A stretch of DNA of 64,000 nt. Source: Mobula hypostoma. Its lineage: Eukaryota. The notes under the pieces are model-generated. The model saw nothing but the letters and a program-made list of their open reading frames with translations. It ran no database searches and was not told the origin of the DNA. The stretch is from positions 124,001 through 188,000 of the forward strand of contig NC_086110.1 of assembly GCF_963921235.1 (NCBI RefSeq). Reading direction: 5' to 3'. The first letter of the stretch is position 1; each line of letters begins with the position of its first letter. The translations under genes were made by a program, and so were the position numbers. Shown piece after piece: positions 12,093-24,554 of this stretch.

Positions 12093-12389
12093 AAACATTC
12101 CAATCAACCTACCCCCCCACCCCAGATTCGACTTTTACCCACACCCGAAGGAATTGCAGAGGAAAATTAAGCTGCAGCCTGAACAGATCTTTGGAACATC
12201 ATTGAAAACAGAGACAACCACAGGGACTCCACAGGAAGCACGAGGCGCGGATTTCGCCCGGGTCCCTGCTGTTGTAATGGGGCAGCTCCACTTGCTGTGC
12301 CTCCATGCCTTCCTTTGGATGAAGCTCATTTGGTTGTGATAATGAAGGTGGGACAGTGCTAATCTATGCCATGCTTTCCCTCTCTCCAG

Positions 12390-12487
12390 ATTACTTTGCC
12401 TCCCACATGGGGGATTACGAAGATGTCCTGGCCGGGTTGGAGACCCTGAACCTTTCAATTCTGAAAGCCATGGACTACACCAAGAAG
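12390..12487 (+). CDS. NECAB2: NECAB2 exon, 98 nt ([33 protein letters not shown])
   Basis: ctctccag acceptor, gtgagc donor; closely matches recalled NECAB2 [33 protein letters not shown]. Confidence 0.95.
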
Positions 12488-12719
12488 GTGAGCCTGACTG
12501 GGAGGGGTGTCTTGGGTAACCCCACCTTCTGCTCTTAACAGGTCTGGCCCGCTGCGGGCACAGCACCTTCTCCTGCAGCATTGGTGAAGCTGGGACTGAA
12601 ACTGCATGGTAGGGTTGGAGTGTAGTTAGACAAACACACACTATACCTCTAGTTCAGCGAGGTGTTACAGGTTAGCACACTGATTGTGGGCGGGACGGAA
12701 AAGATCTGTAGTCACGTCT

Positions 12720-12916
12720 GTCTTTTCTGCTCTTCATATTTGCTTCTGTTTCCTTTTATTTCTTCCTCCTTATCTTTTACCCCTCTCATTCCTCCTGCCC
12801 CACCCATTTTCTTGCTCATTCTCTCTCTCTTGCCCCCTCTCTCTGTCTGTCTGTCTCTCTCTCGCCCCATCATTCTCTCCGTCTCTCTCCGTCTCTGTGC
12901 TATGTCTCTCTCTCTC
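12720..12916 (+). repeat. CT-rich low-complexity tract
   Basis: (tc/ct)n composition. Confidence 0.8.
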
Positions 12917-12972
12917 AAGCAGTATTGAAAAGGTGAAAAGCTGCTGGTGATAAGTAGGGGAAAGGTTTAGGG

Positions 12973-13115
12973 TCACAAACACAAGGAAGTCTGCAGATGT
13001 TGCTGGAAGTCCAAGGCAAAATGCAGAAAGTTCTGGAGGAACTCAGCAGGCCAGGCAGCAACTATGGCAATAAAAAAAAAGTCAATGTTTTGGACCAAGA
13101 TGCTTCATCAGGGCT
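12973..13115 (-). mobile_element. Penelope-like element terminal fragment with decayed hammerhead
   Basis: cacaaacacaaggaagtctgcagatg..ggaactcagcaggccaggcagc as in the other PLE ends. Confidence 0.75.
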
Positions 13116-13396
13116 CTAGCGAGTCCATCAGGAAAGGTTTATAGGGAGAGGGGAACAATTGAAAAACAACCTGAGAGCAAACTTTTTCACACAGGGTTGT
13201 ATTGATCTGCCAGAGGAATTGCTAGAGGCAGATATGAGTATAGCATTTAAGAGACATCTGAATAGGTTCATGGATATGGATGGGGGGATATGGACAAAAT
13301 GGTAGTTTCTCAGGTAGGAACCTTGATTATCGCAGACAAGTTGGGGTGAAGAATCTCTGACTTGGCTGTGTAACTCCATGACTTTATGAATGTGTA

Positions 13397-14395
13397 TCAG
13401 TTGAAAGTGGGAGATGTGTTGAGAGAAGGAGGGGATGTCGTGTTGAGAGAGTGTGAGGTGTTGAGCAGGGAGGAACTATTGAGGAAGATGTTGGTATTGA
13501 GGGAGGGGAAGAACTGCAAAGGGTGTGGGAGAAGGGCTGAGGGAAGGAAAGAATGAATATGGGTAGAATTAGAGGGAGGCGTAAAACTGTTGAAGGGGGG
13601 ATATGTTGAGGGAGCTGAGTGACACTGAGAAAGGGAATTCTGTTGGTGGAAGTAAAGGTGTGGTGATGGAGGGGTGGGAAGTGGTGATGTGTTGAGGGAG
13701 GTACGAGTGTTAGGAAGGGAAGTATGAGTGAGGAGGAGGTGATGGAGGGGTGGGAAGTGGTGATGTGTTGAGGGAGGTACGAGTGTTAGGAAGGGAAGTA
13801 TGAGTGAGGAGGAGGTGAGGGAGTGGAACTTGTTATGTGTATAGGGGAGATATTGAGGGTAGGTGAGGCATGGTGAGGGGCTGTTGAATGTATTGAGAGA
13901 GGCAGAGGGCTGCTGAAGGAGAAGAAATGTTAAGGACAGGGGAAGTGTGTTGAGGGAGGGGAGATGTGTGGTGTTTGGGGTAGATGTCAAGATGTTATGA
14001 GGGGAAGAGGAAGTGATGAGAGCATTTGAGTGGCCAAGGGAGGAGGAAACGTTGATGACAGGGGTGAAGCTGATGTAAAGGGAAATGCAATGAGCGAGAG
14101 GGTGTTCAGGGAGGGGAATGTAGGTGTTGAGGAAGGAGGAATGTGTTGAGAAAGGTGGAGCGAGTAGTGAGAGAGAAGGAGGTGTTGAGGGTTAGTTTGG
14201 TATTGAGGAATGGGAATGTGTAGGAGGGGGAGATTTTGAGGGGGAGTAGTGTTGAGTGAGTGTGAGGTTGTTGATGAAGGAGGAGGTGAGAAAAGGTTTG
14301 GTACTGAGAAAGGAGGTAGGTGTTGAGGGAGGGTATTGAGAAAAGGGATAGGTGTTGAGGGAGAAGAGAGGTGCTAATGAGGGGAGAGGTGGATA
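13397..14395 (+). repeat. Purine-rich degenerate (gtgttgagggagg)-type tract with a ~76-bp internal duplication
   Basis: Recurrent gtgttgag + G/A runs; duplicate at ~13664-13816; mirrored short copy at 14880-15030. Confidence 0.8.
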
Positions 14396-15034
14396 GATTA
14401 CCTCAAACCTTATGTAAGTGATTTCTTGATCCCATTTATCTTTAAGCTTTAACACAAGGTTCACTACTGTTCTGTGAAGTGTTAATATTTCTCACTTTCG
14501 TAGACAATAAAATCCAGATGGTTATTGTTTTAATATTATTTCTCACTGACACTCAGCTTTTGAATAATGTGTTAATAAAATTCAAGCGAGGAAGGAAGTT
14601 CATCACAGCCAGCTCATTACTGAGACTGGTGACATGATATAAATACGTACGTCCTGGGACTCACTGCTGGTGGGCTGACCTCAATTTGTCTGTCTCTCTC
14701 TGTCCTGCCTAATGTGGGGAAAATGTCCACACAACTGCCCCGTAGTTCCAAATAAACACATCTTCTATGACCCACACTGTTCCAGTGAGGCTAACTAGAA
14801 GATTTACCAACAACCTTCATTTTGCAAATTGCAGTCTTCTAAACTGATACTGAATTCAACAATTTCAGCAAACTGATTTCCCTCCCATCCCTCAACAAAC
14901 CTCTTGTCCTTCAATATCCCTCCCCTCTCTTAACATTTCCCACCTCAACACCTTCCCAGCACTTCCCCTCCCTCAACAATTCCCCCCTCCATCAACACTT
15001 CCCTCTCCCTCAACACTTACACCTTCTTCAGCAC

Positions 15035-15930
15035 CATATACTTATCCAAACTTAAATGGTGAAATCAAGCCTGTAATTCACCACATCCACATTCCACATT
15101 CTCACCAACATCCCAGTGAACAAGTTCCACCTCATGTTTCCCTGAAGCATTTTGCCCTTCACCCTTAACCCACAACTTCTAGGTCTAGTCTTATCCAACC
15201 TGAGTGGAAGAAGCCTGCTCCCATTTACCCTATCTTTACCACTCTATATTCCCAGATCCCTCTGTTCTGTCCCTATCCTGTACTGTGCAAGTTCTACCCT
15301 GGTTTGTACTCCCATAGTGAAACACCTTGTAGTTATATGCTTTACATTTCATCTGACATTTTTCAGATCATTCTTCCTGCTGGTCCAAACCTCACTGCGA
15401 GCCGACCACTACACCATCAATCTTGGTGTCATCCATATATTTGCTTAACCACATTATCCAGATCATTAATATGGATGATAAGCAACAACAGATCCGGCAA
15501 TGATCCTTGCAGAAAAACATTAGTCTCAGGCCTCCAGTAAGAGAGGCAACCATCTACTACCATTATTTGGCTTCTCTCACAAAGCCAATGTTGAATCCAA
15601 TTTACTACCTCATTCTGAATGCCAAGTGACTGAATCTTCTTGAACAGCCTCCCATGTGGGACCTTGCTAAAGTTCTTTAGACAACATCCACTGCCTTACC
15701 TTCATCAGCTTTCCTGGTAACCTCTTCGAGAAACTCTATAAAATTGGTTAGCCACGACCTATCACACACAAAGCAATTGTTGACTATCCTTAATCAGATC
15801 CCTATCTATTCAAATACTTATATATCCAGTCTCTTAGAATACATTCCAGTAGCTGAACCATGACTGATGTCAGGCTCACTGGCCAGTAATTCCCCTGCTC
15901 ATTCATAGGGCCTTTCTTGAACAACAGACA
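15035..15930 (-). mobile_element. CR1 LINE fragments
   Basis: GNYWPVSLTSVMVQLLECILRDWIYKYL and RT remnants. Confidence 0.8.
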
Positions 15931-16660
15931 GCAACATTTTCTCAGTGGGACGCAATCATCACGAGCAGCCGTTTGTTTCTGAGGCAAAGCAAAGTTTAAA
16001 AAGAGCTTGGGAACCTTCAGAAATTTTTGGCAGATTGCAATCATAACCATCTATTAAGCATTTGGCAATTGCCAATAAAAAGAAGGTGAAGTGTAAGCAG
16101 AAAACCATTGTTGGGGTGGGCAAGTGATTGGGTGGCTAGGCTTTGGCTTGACAGGTTTAGGTTAAGCCCAAGCTTTAATAAGAGTAGGCAGGATGGTTGT
16201 TAAGGCAGTGGAATGTTCCTCCTATAAGATGTGCGAACCTAACTATCTCACTGATGACTATATCTGTGGAAATTGCACACAATTTCAGCTCCTGACTGAC
16301 AAAGAGAAGGAACTAGAGCAGGAGCTGCATGTACTCAGACCATCCAGGAGGCTGGAAACCTCATAGAAGAGACTCTTATGGAGATAGTCACCCCAGAGTG
16401 CAGGCTTCATATGGTTATGGTTGCCCATCCAGCAGTCAGCACAGGGTTCCCCTGTGGCCATTCCCCTCAGCAGCAAGTATACCTCCTTTGGATGCTGCTG
16501 GGGGTGGGGATGACCCATCATGGCACAGCAGCGGCAGTGACGTTGTAGTCAGCTCTGAGGATTAGCAGGGACGGGTAAAGTCAGGCAGAGTGATCGTGAC
16601 AGGAGACTCAATAATGAGAGAAACGGACAGGACGTTCTGTGGCTGTGAAAGGGAAGCCAG

Positions 16661-18737
16661 GGAAAAGTACGGAAGAAATGTGGCAAATGTTCAGGAGATA
16701 TTTGTGTGGAGTTCTGCAAAGGCAAGTTCCAATGAGACAGGGAAGTTATGGTAGGGTACAGGAACCGTGGTATACAAAGGCTGTAATAAATCTAGTCAAG
16801 AAGAAAAGAAAAGCTTACGAAAGGTTCAGAAAGCTAGGTAATATTAGAGATCTAGAAGATTACAAGGCTAACAGGAAGGAGCTTAAGAAGGAAATTAGGA
16901 GAGCCAGAAGGGGCCATGAGAAGGCCTTGCTGGACAGGATTAAGGAAAACCCCAAGGCATTCTATAAGTATGTAAAGAGCAAGAGAATAAGATGTGAAAG
17001 AATAGGACCTATCAAATGTGACAGTGGGAATGTGTGTATGGAACTGGAGGAAATAGCAGTAATGAATACTTTACTTCAGTATTCACTATGGAAAAGGATC
17101 TTGGTAATTGTAGTGATGACTTGCAGCGGACTGAAAAGCTTGAACATGTAGATAGTAAGAAAGAGGATGTGCTGGAGCTTTTGGAAAGCATTGAATTGGA
17201 TAAGTAGCCAGAACCAGATGAGATGTACCCTAGGCTACTGTGGGAGGCGAGAGAGGAGATTGATGAGCCTCTGGCGATGATCTTTGCATCATTAATGTGG
17301 ATGGGAGAGGTTCCAGAGGTTTGGAGAGTTGTGGATGTTTTTCCTTTATTCAAGAAAGGGAGTAGAGATAGCCCAGGAAATTATAGACCAGTGAGTCTTA
17401 CTTCAGTGGTTGGTAAATTGATGGAGAAGATCCTGAGTGGCAGGATTTATGAACATTTGGAGAGGTATAATTAGGAATAGTCAGCATGGCTTTGTTAAGG
17501 ATAGGTCGTGCCTTACGAGCCTGATTGAATTTTTTGAGGATATAACTAAACACATTGATGAAGGAAGAGCAGGAAATGTAGTGTATATGGATTTCAGCAA
17601 GGCATTTGATAAGGTACCCTATGCAAGGCTTATTGAGAAAGTAAGAAGGCATGGGATCCAAGGAGACATTGCTTTGTGGATCCAGAACTGGCTTGCCCAC
17701 AGAAGGCAAAGAGTAGTTGTAGATGGGTCATATTCTGCATGGAGATCAGTGATCAGTGGTGTGCCTCAGGGATCTGTTCTGGGACCCTTACTCTTTGTGA
17801 TTTTTATAAATGACCTGGATGAGGAAGTGGAGGGATGGGTTAGTAAGTTTTCTCTTGACACAAAGTTTGGAGGTGTTGTGGACAGTGTGGAGGGCTGTCA
17901 GAGGTTGCAGTGGGACACTGATAGGACACAAAACTGGGCTGCGAAGTGGCAGATGGAGTTCAACCCAGATAAGTGTGAGATGGTTCATTTTGGTACGTCA
18001 AATATGATGACAGAATATAGTATTAATGGTGAGACTCTTGGCAGTGTGGAGGATCAGAGGGATCTTGAGGTCCGAGTCCATAGGACGCTCAAAGCAACTG
18101 CGCAGGTTGACTCTGTGGTTAAGAAAGCATACAGTGTATTGGCCTTCATCAATCATGGAATTGAATTTAGGAGCCGAGAAATAATGTTGCAGCTACATAG
18201 GACCCTGGTCAGACCCCACTTGAAGTACTCTGTTCAGTTCTGGTAGCCTCACTACAGGAAGGATATGGAAAGCATAGAAAGGGTGCAGAGGAGATTTACA
18301 AGGATGTTGCCTGGATTGGGGAGAATGCATTATGAAATCAGGTTGAGTGAACTCAGCCTTTTCTCCTTGGAGGATAGAGGATGAGAGGTGTATAAGATGA
18401 TAGGCAATGCTTGTGTGCATCGTCAGAAGCTTTTCCCCAGGGATAAAATGGTTGCCACAAGAGGGCACAGGTTTAAGATGCTAGGGAGTAGGTACAGGGG
18501 AGATGTCAGGGGTAAGTTTTTTTACTCAGAGTGGTGAGTGCATGGAATGGGCTGCCGGCAACGGTGGTGGAGGCGAATACAATAGGGTCTTTTAAGAGAC
18601 TTTTGGACAGGTACATAGAGTTTAGAAAAATAGAGGGCTATGGCTAAGTTCAGTAATTTCTATGGTAAGGATGTGTTCGGCACAACTTTGTGGGCTGAAG
18701 GGCCTGTATTGTGCTGAAGGTTTTCTATGTTTCTATA
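16661..18737 (+). mobile_element. Younger 5'-truncated CR1 LINE nested in ORF1 of the older CR1
   Basis: Long ORF2 pieces (170 aa, 269 aa: YMDFSKAFDKV, SGVPQGSVLGPLLF); (tttctatg)n tail at ~18722-18736. Confidence 0.92.
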
Positions 18738-21609
18738 TTAAGAAAGTGTATTGTCTCCCAGGTTCTAGGATTCAGGATGTCTCCGGGCAGCTGCAGAGGG
18801 TTCTCTGGAGGGAGGATGAGCAGCTAGACATGGTGGTTCACGTTGGTACCAATGACATGGGCAGAAAGGAGGATGAGGTCCTGCGCAGTGAGTATAGGGA
18901 GTTAGAGAAGAGGCTGAAAGCAAGACCTCCAAGGTAGTAATCTCTGGATTACTCCCAGTGCCGCGTGCTGGTCAGTGTAGGAATAGGATGATAGTACAAA
19001 TGAATGAATGGCTGAGGAAACGGAGCATGGGCCAAGGTTTCAGATTCCTTTGTGACTCTTCTGGGAAAGATATGGCCTGTACAAAAAGGAGAGACTACAT
19101 CCAAAACTGAGGGGATTGATATCCTTGTGGGTGTGTTTGCTGGAGCTGTTGGGGAGGGTTTAAAATAATTTGCAGGGGGATGAGAACTGGAATGATAGAG
19201 CTGAGGATGGAGCAGTTGGTATACACGTTGATGCAGTGTGTAATGAAACTGAGAGGAAACACAGGCAGATGATTGGACAAAATTGTTGTCAGTGGGATGA
19301 CTGGAAGTGTAGCATGCGGACAAGGTCAGAAAGGGAGATGAATACAGGACTGAAGGTGTATTTAAATGCACACAGTGTATGTATAAGATAAATGATCTTG
19401 TAGCACAGTTGGAGATCATCAGAAATGATTTTGTGGGCATCGCTGAGTCATGGCTGAAGAAGATCATAGTCGGTAGCTTAACATCCAAGGATACTCATTG
19501 TATTGAAAGAATGGGCAGGTAGGCAGAGGGTGTGAGGTGATTGTTGCTAAAAGTTGAAATCAAATTCTTAAAAAGAGGTGACATAGGTTTGGAAGATGTA
19601 GAAACCTTGTGGGTAGAGTTAAGAAACTGCAAGGGTAAAAAGAACCTGACGGGAATTATATAGAGGCCTCTGAACAGCAGCCAGGATGTGAGATATCAGT
19701 GATAATGGGAGATAGAAAAGGCTTGTTAAAATGGCAATGTTATGACAGTCATGGGATTATCAATATAACAGTTAATAGGGAACCTGCTAAATTAACCTTT
19801 AGGAGGCATTGATCATAATATGATAGAATTTACCCTGTCGTTGGAAAGAGAGAAGATAAAGTCCTATCAGTATTACTGTAGAGTGAGGGAATGAGAGAGG
19901 AGCTGGCCAAAGTTGATTGGGAGGGTGCATCAGTGATCATAGCAGAACAGCAATTGCTGCAGCTTCTGGGAGCAATTCAGAAGGCACAGGATAGGTGCAC
20001 ACCAAAGATGAAGAAGTGTTCTAGGGGAGTTTGAGGCAACCGTGTCTGACAAGGGAAGTGAATGACAGCATAAAAGCAAAAGAGAGAGCATATAATATAG
20101 CAAAAACTCGTGGGAAGTTAGGGGATTGGGAACCTTTTAAAAATCAACAGAACGCAAGTAAAAAGCCACAAAGAGAGAAAAGATGAAATATTAAGGTAAG
20201 CTTGCCAATAATGTAAAAGGGGATACAAGAAGTTCTTCAGGTATATAGAGACTTGAAGAGAGGCAAGGGTGGATATCAGGTCACTGGAAAATGACGCTGG
20301 AGTAATGGGGAACTAGGAAATGGCCGACAAACATCATAAGTATTTTGCATCAGTCTTCACTATGGAAGACACTAGCAGTATGCCAGAAATCCGTGCATGT
20401 TAAGGGACAGAAGTGAGTGGAGTTGTGCTTGCTAAGGAGGAGGTGCTTGGGCAGCTGAAAGGTCTGAAGGTAAATAAATCAGACAGACAATACCCCAGGG
20501 TTCTGAAAGAGGTAACTGAAGCATTACTAATGATGGAGTCTATCATTAAGGATGAAGTTTCAGGGTACTTGGAGGCACATAATAAAATAGGACGCATTTG
20601 GCATGGTTTTCTGAAGGGAAAATCTTGCCTGACAAATCTGTTTGGATTCTTTGAGGAAATAACAAGCAGGATTGACAAAGGAGAGTCAGTGGATTTTGTT
20701 TATTTGGATATTCAGGAAGCCTTTGACGAAGTACTGCACATGAGCCTGCTGAATTAGATAAGAGGCCATGGTATTACATGAAAGGTACTAGCATGGATCG
20801 ATGATTGGCTGACTGGCAGGAGGTAAAGAATGAGAATAGAGGGGCTTGTACTGGTTGACTGCCGGTGACTAGTGGTGTTCCACAGATGTTGGTATTGGGA
20901 CTGCTTTTTCATGCTATATGTCAATTTTGTATGACAAAATTGATGACTTTGTGGCCAAGTTTGCAGACAATACAAAGGTAGATGTAGGGGCAGGTAGTGT
21001 TGAGGAAGCAGAGCGTCTACAGTAGGACCTGGACAGATTAGCAGAACAGGCAAAGAAGTAGCAGATTGAACAGCATGTAGGAAAGTGTACGGTCATTCTC
21101 TTTGGTAGAAGGAATAAAGGCATAAACTATTTTCTAAATGGGGAAAGAATTCAAAAATCAGAGGTGCAAAAGGACTTGGGATTCCTTGTTCAGGATTCCC
21201 TAAAGGTTAACTTGCAAGTTGAGTCTGTTGTAAGGCAGGTAAATGCAACGTTAGCATTTATTTCCAGAGACCAAAATATAAGAGCAAGGAGGTAAAGCCA
21301 AGGCTTTATAAGGCATTGGTCAGACCACACTTGGAGTGTTGTGAGCAGTTTTGGTCCTCTGTACCTCAGAAGGGATGTGCTGGCAAGGAGAGGATCCAGG
21401 GGAGGTTCATGTGAATGATTTCAGGAATGAAAAAGTGAATGTATGAGGAGCGTTTGATAGCTCTCAGCCTGTACTCACTGGAGTTTAGAATAATGAAGGG
21501 GTAGCTCATTGAAACCTCTCAAATATTGGAAGGCCTAGATAGAGTGGATGTGGAGAGGTTGTTTCCTAGATTGGCTGAGTCTAGGACAACCTCGAAATAG
21601 AGGAATGTT

Positions 21610-22059
21610 CAATAGATCCATTTTATATCAGAGAAATATACACCATATACAACCTGAAATTCTTGTTCTTCACAGACATCCACAAAAACAGAAGAGTGCC
21701 CCAAAGATTGACAATAAAAATGTTAGAACCACAAAGAACCCCCCACTCCCCCTCCCACACACAAGCAGCAGCAAGCCTCCCCTCCCCCACTTCAGCAAAA
21801 TAAAAAGCATCAGCCTCCAAGCAAACCTTATTAAAGTTCCCAAGAAAGACCATGATCTACAGTACAACAAAAACTTATCGGTCACCCAACAATTTGACAG
21901 AGCACAAGCTCTCACACCTCAATAAAGAGATAGAGAGGTGTCAGCCTTTCACAAAGAGACGGGAGACATACACAACACAACTCGCTGATATATGATAATA
22001 ATGTCTGCCGTATCACTTTCTTTTCCTGACTCGAGAATTGGCAACAAGCTCTCCCCCTC

Positions 22060-22096
<37 letters not shown>

Positions 22097-22200
22097 TTGC
22101 TGAGTACAGAGCCCCTGACAGCTGACCTGCTATCCCCGATGTCTCATTTTCTTCCATGACACTCCAGTCAGCGGCACCAGCCTAGAATTGACTCATCCAC
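21610..22200 (-). mobile_element. Unclassified retroelement 3' fragment with (GA)n at 22063-22092, inserted into CR1
   Basis: CR1 sequence stops at ~21605 (atagagg) and resumes at ~22201 (aggacatccatttagaac). Confidence 0.55.
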
Positions 22201-23099
22201 AGGACATCCATTTAGAACATAGATGAGGAGAAATTTCTTTAACCACAAGGTGGTGAATCTCTGGAACTCATTGCCATGGAAGGCTGTGGAGTCCAAGTCA
22301 TTGGGTATATTTAAAGTGGAGGGTGATAGGTTTTTGACTAGTCAGGGCACCAAAGGTTACAGGGCAAAGATGAGAATGGGCTAATAAATGGGCCATGATG
22401 GGATGGCAGAGCAGACTCGATGGGCTGAATGGCCTAACTCTGCTCCAATGTTTTCTGATCTTCTTATGGTCTTATTAGCTATCTTCCAGTCCTCCGACAC
22501 CAATCTGTGGCTAAGGACATTTAAATGCCTCTGCCAGTGTGCTGTGTCTGTAATTCTGCACTAATGTCTCGAAAGGTCAGAGGGAACACTTTGTCAGTGT
22601 AGTGAAAAGAATGGGATATCCCTAAAATGGAGCCCTCTCTGCTTCTGGCAGGATGTGTCCCTGGTCGCTGAGTGAAGCTGGGACATACCTTGCAGAGGCT
22701 CTGACCACTGCTGCGATATGGGAACACGAGCAGTGGACTGAAGAATAATGTTGTGCTTTGTTGAAAGGCGAACACTGGTTCACTGCAGGCCAGCTGTCCT
22801 TGTACAGGGCTAGTGGTCATTTTCAAAGCATAGTCTGGGACAAAATCAATTATCTCTTTGAAACAGGTAGCTTGATCAATGACAACAACAGAGACTGTGA
22901 GAAACCGGTCGTTGTTAACTAACCAGTTGTTCATCAAGGAATGCGGGGCACCAGTGAATATCCAGCTGTATAGGTACTTTATAAAAGGATCTCAGCACAC
23001 CATGCCATGAATCAGGAACCACAGTTTCAAGGTGTTGTGGTGCGGCTGAATGTACTGCAGTGGAAAAGAAAGTGATGCTGAGTAAAAGAGCCACAGCAG

Positions 23100-24550
23100 T
23101 ACAGAGTTCTGCAGCACAGGAATTAGCCCTTTAGTCCACCTCGCCCCTACTGGCCGTGACACATGTCTGTGATAATCCCATTTGCTTGCATCGACTGCTA
23201 CCCAAGTACCTGTGCAAGTGATCATTGTATCAGCCTCCACCACCTCCACTGGCAGCTCGTTCTGGGTAACCACCACCTCTGTGTGAAAAACGTACCCCTC
23301 CTATCTCATAGAACATTCCAACCCAGTCCGAGCCCTTCAGCCCACAATGTTGTTCCGACCTTTTAATCTATTCTAAGATCAATCTAACCCTTCCCTCCCA
23401 CATACCTGTCCATTTTTCTATCATCTGGGTGTCTACCTAAGAGCTTCTTAAAAGCCCCTAATATATTTGCCTCTGCAACTACCCCTGGCAGGGTGCTGTA
23501 CACTCTCACCTCTGACAATCCTCTGTACTTTCCTCCAATCCATCGTGTTACCTATTTCTGTCCTTTGAAAAGGTCTCTTGCTATCTATTCTATCTATGCC
23601 ACCTATCATCTTGTATACCTCTACCAAGCCACCACTCATCCTTCTTCATTTCAGACAGAAAAGCCCTAGTTTGCTCAACCTGTCTTCGTAAGACATACCC
23701 TCTAGTCCAGGTAGCATCCTAATAGATCTCCTCTGCACTCTCACTGAAGCTTCCTTGATAACATAAGATCATAGGACATGGGAACAGAACTAGGCCATTG
23801 AGTCGGCTCTGCCCCTTAACCCCATTCTCAGGCCTTCATCCACAACCTTTGACATCCAGGGCCTGTCAGCCTCCTCTTTAGACACACCCAATGACATGGC
23901 CTCCACAGTTGACCATGAGAATAAGTTTCACAGATTCACCACCTTCTGACTAAAGAAATTTGTCCCCATCTCTGTTCTAAAGGGATGTCCTTGTATTCTG
24001 ATGCTGCGCCATCTGGTCCGAGATTCCACCACAATAGGAAAGATCCTCTCCACTTCCACTCTATCTACGTCTTTCAATATTCGATAAGTTTCAGAAAGAT
24101 TCCCCCTCATTCTCCTGAACAGGCCAAAAGCCAAAAGCCTCATACTTTAACACTCTCATTCGCAGGATCATTCTAGTCACAGGCAGCCAATCTGAAAAGG
24201 CCCCCTTTATTCTCGCTCTTTATCTCCTGCCAGTCAGCCAACCTTTCCTGTAATGCTGTGGACTCTTACCTTGTGAAACAGCCTCAAGTACGGCACCCTG
24301 TCAAAGGTCTCTGAAAATCCAAACAAACAAGACCCACGGACTCTCCATTGTCCATCCTGCCTGTTACCTCCTCAAAGAATTCCTACAGACTTGACAGGCA
24401 AGGTTTCCCCTTAAGGAAACCATGCTGACTTTGTCCTATTTTATCATGTCTCCAAGTACCTCAAAACCTCATCTGTAACATCTTCCCAATCACTGAAGTT
24501 AGACTAACTGGTCTATAAGTTCCTTTCCTCTACCTTCCTTCCCTTCTTGA
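23100..24550 (-). mobile_element. Cluster of nested CR1 fragments
   Basis: LVEVYKMIGGIDR, ETYRILKDVDRV..FFSQKVVNL, CR1 3' tails. Confidence 0.8.
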
Positions 24551-24554
24551 AGGC

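Larger units (their letters stand above)
15945..22475 (+). mobile_element. Near full-length decayed CR1 LINE (5' UTR, ORF1 Zn-finger/leucine zipper + SGNH esterase, ORF2 APE-RT, 3' tail), interrupted by insertions at 16661-18737 and ~21610-22200
   Basis: ORF1 C..DYICGNC at ~16210-16280; GDS motif ~16600; VYCLPG..VVHVGTND at 18745-18860; APE YLNA/ESWL; RT YLDIQEAFD, FADNTK. Confidence 0.85.

Noticed and set aside
13397-13990. 197-aa Pro/Ser/Thr-rich ORF (and similar ones at 34087-34562, 42907-43555, 59355-60090)
   Set aside because: Low-complexity or tandem-repeat translations without splice or homology support
17437-18246. Intact reverse transcriptase gene
   Set aside because: Catalytic motif reads FSLDTK instead of FADDTK; flanking frameshifts and 5' truncation
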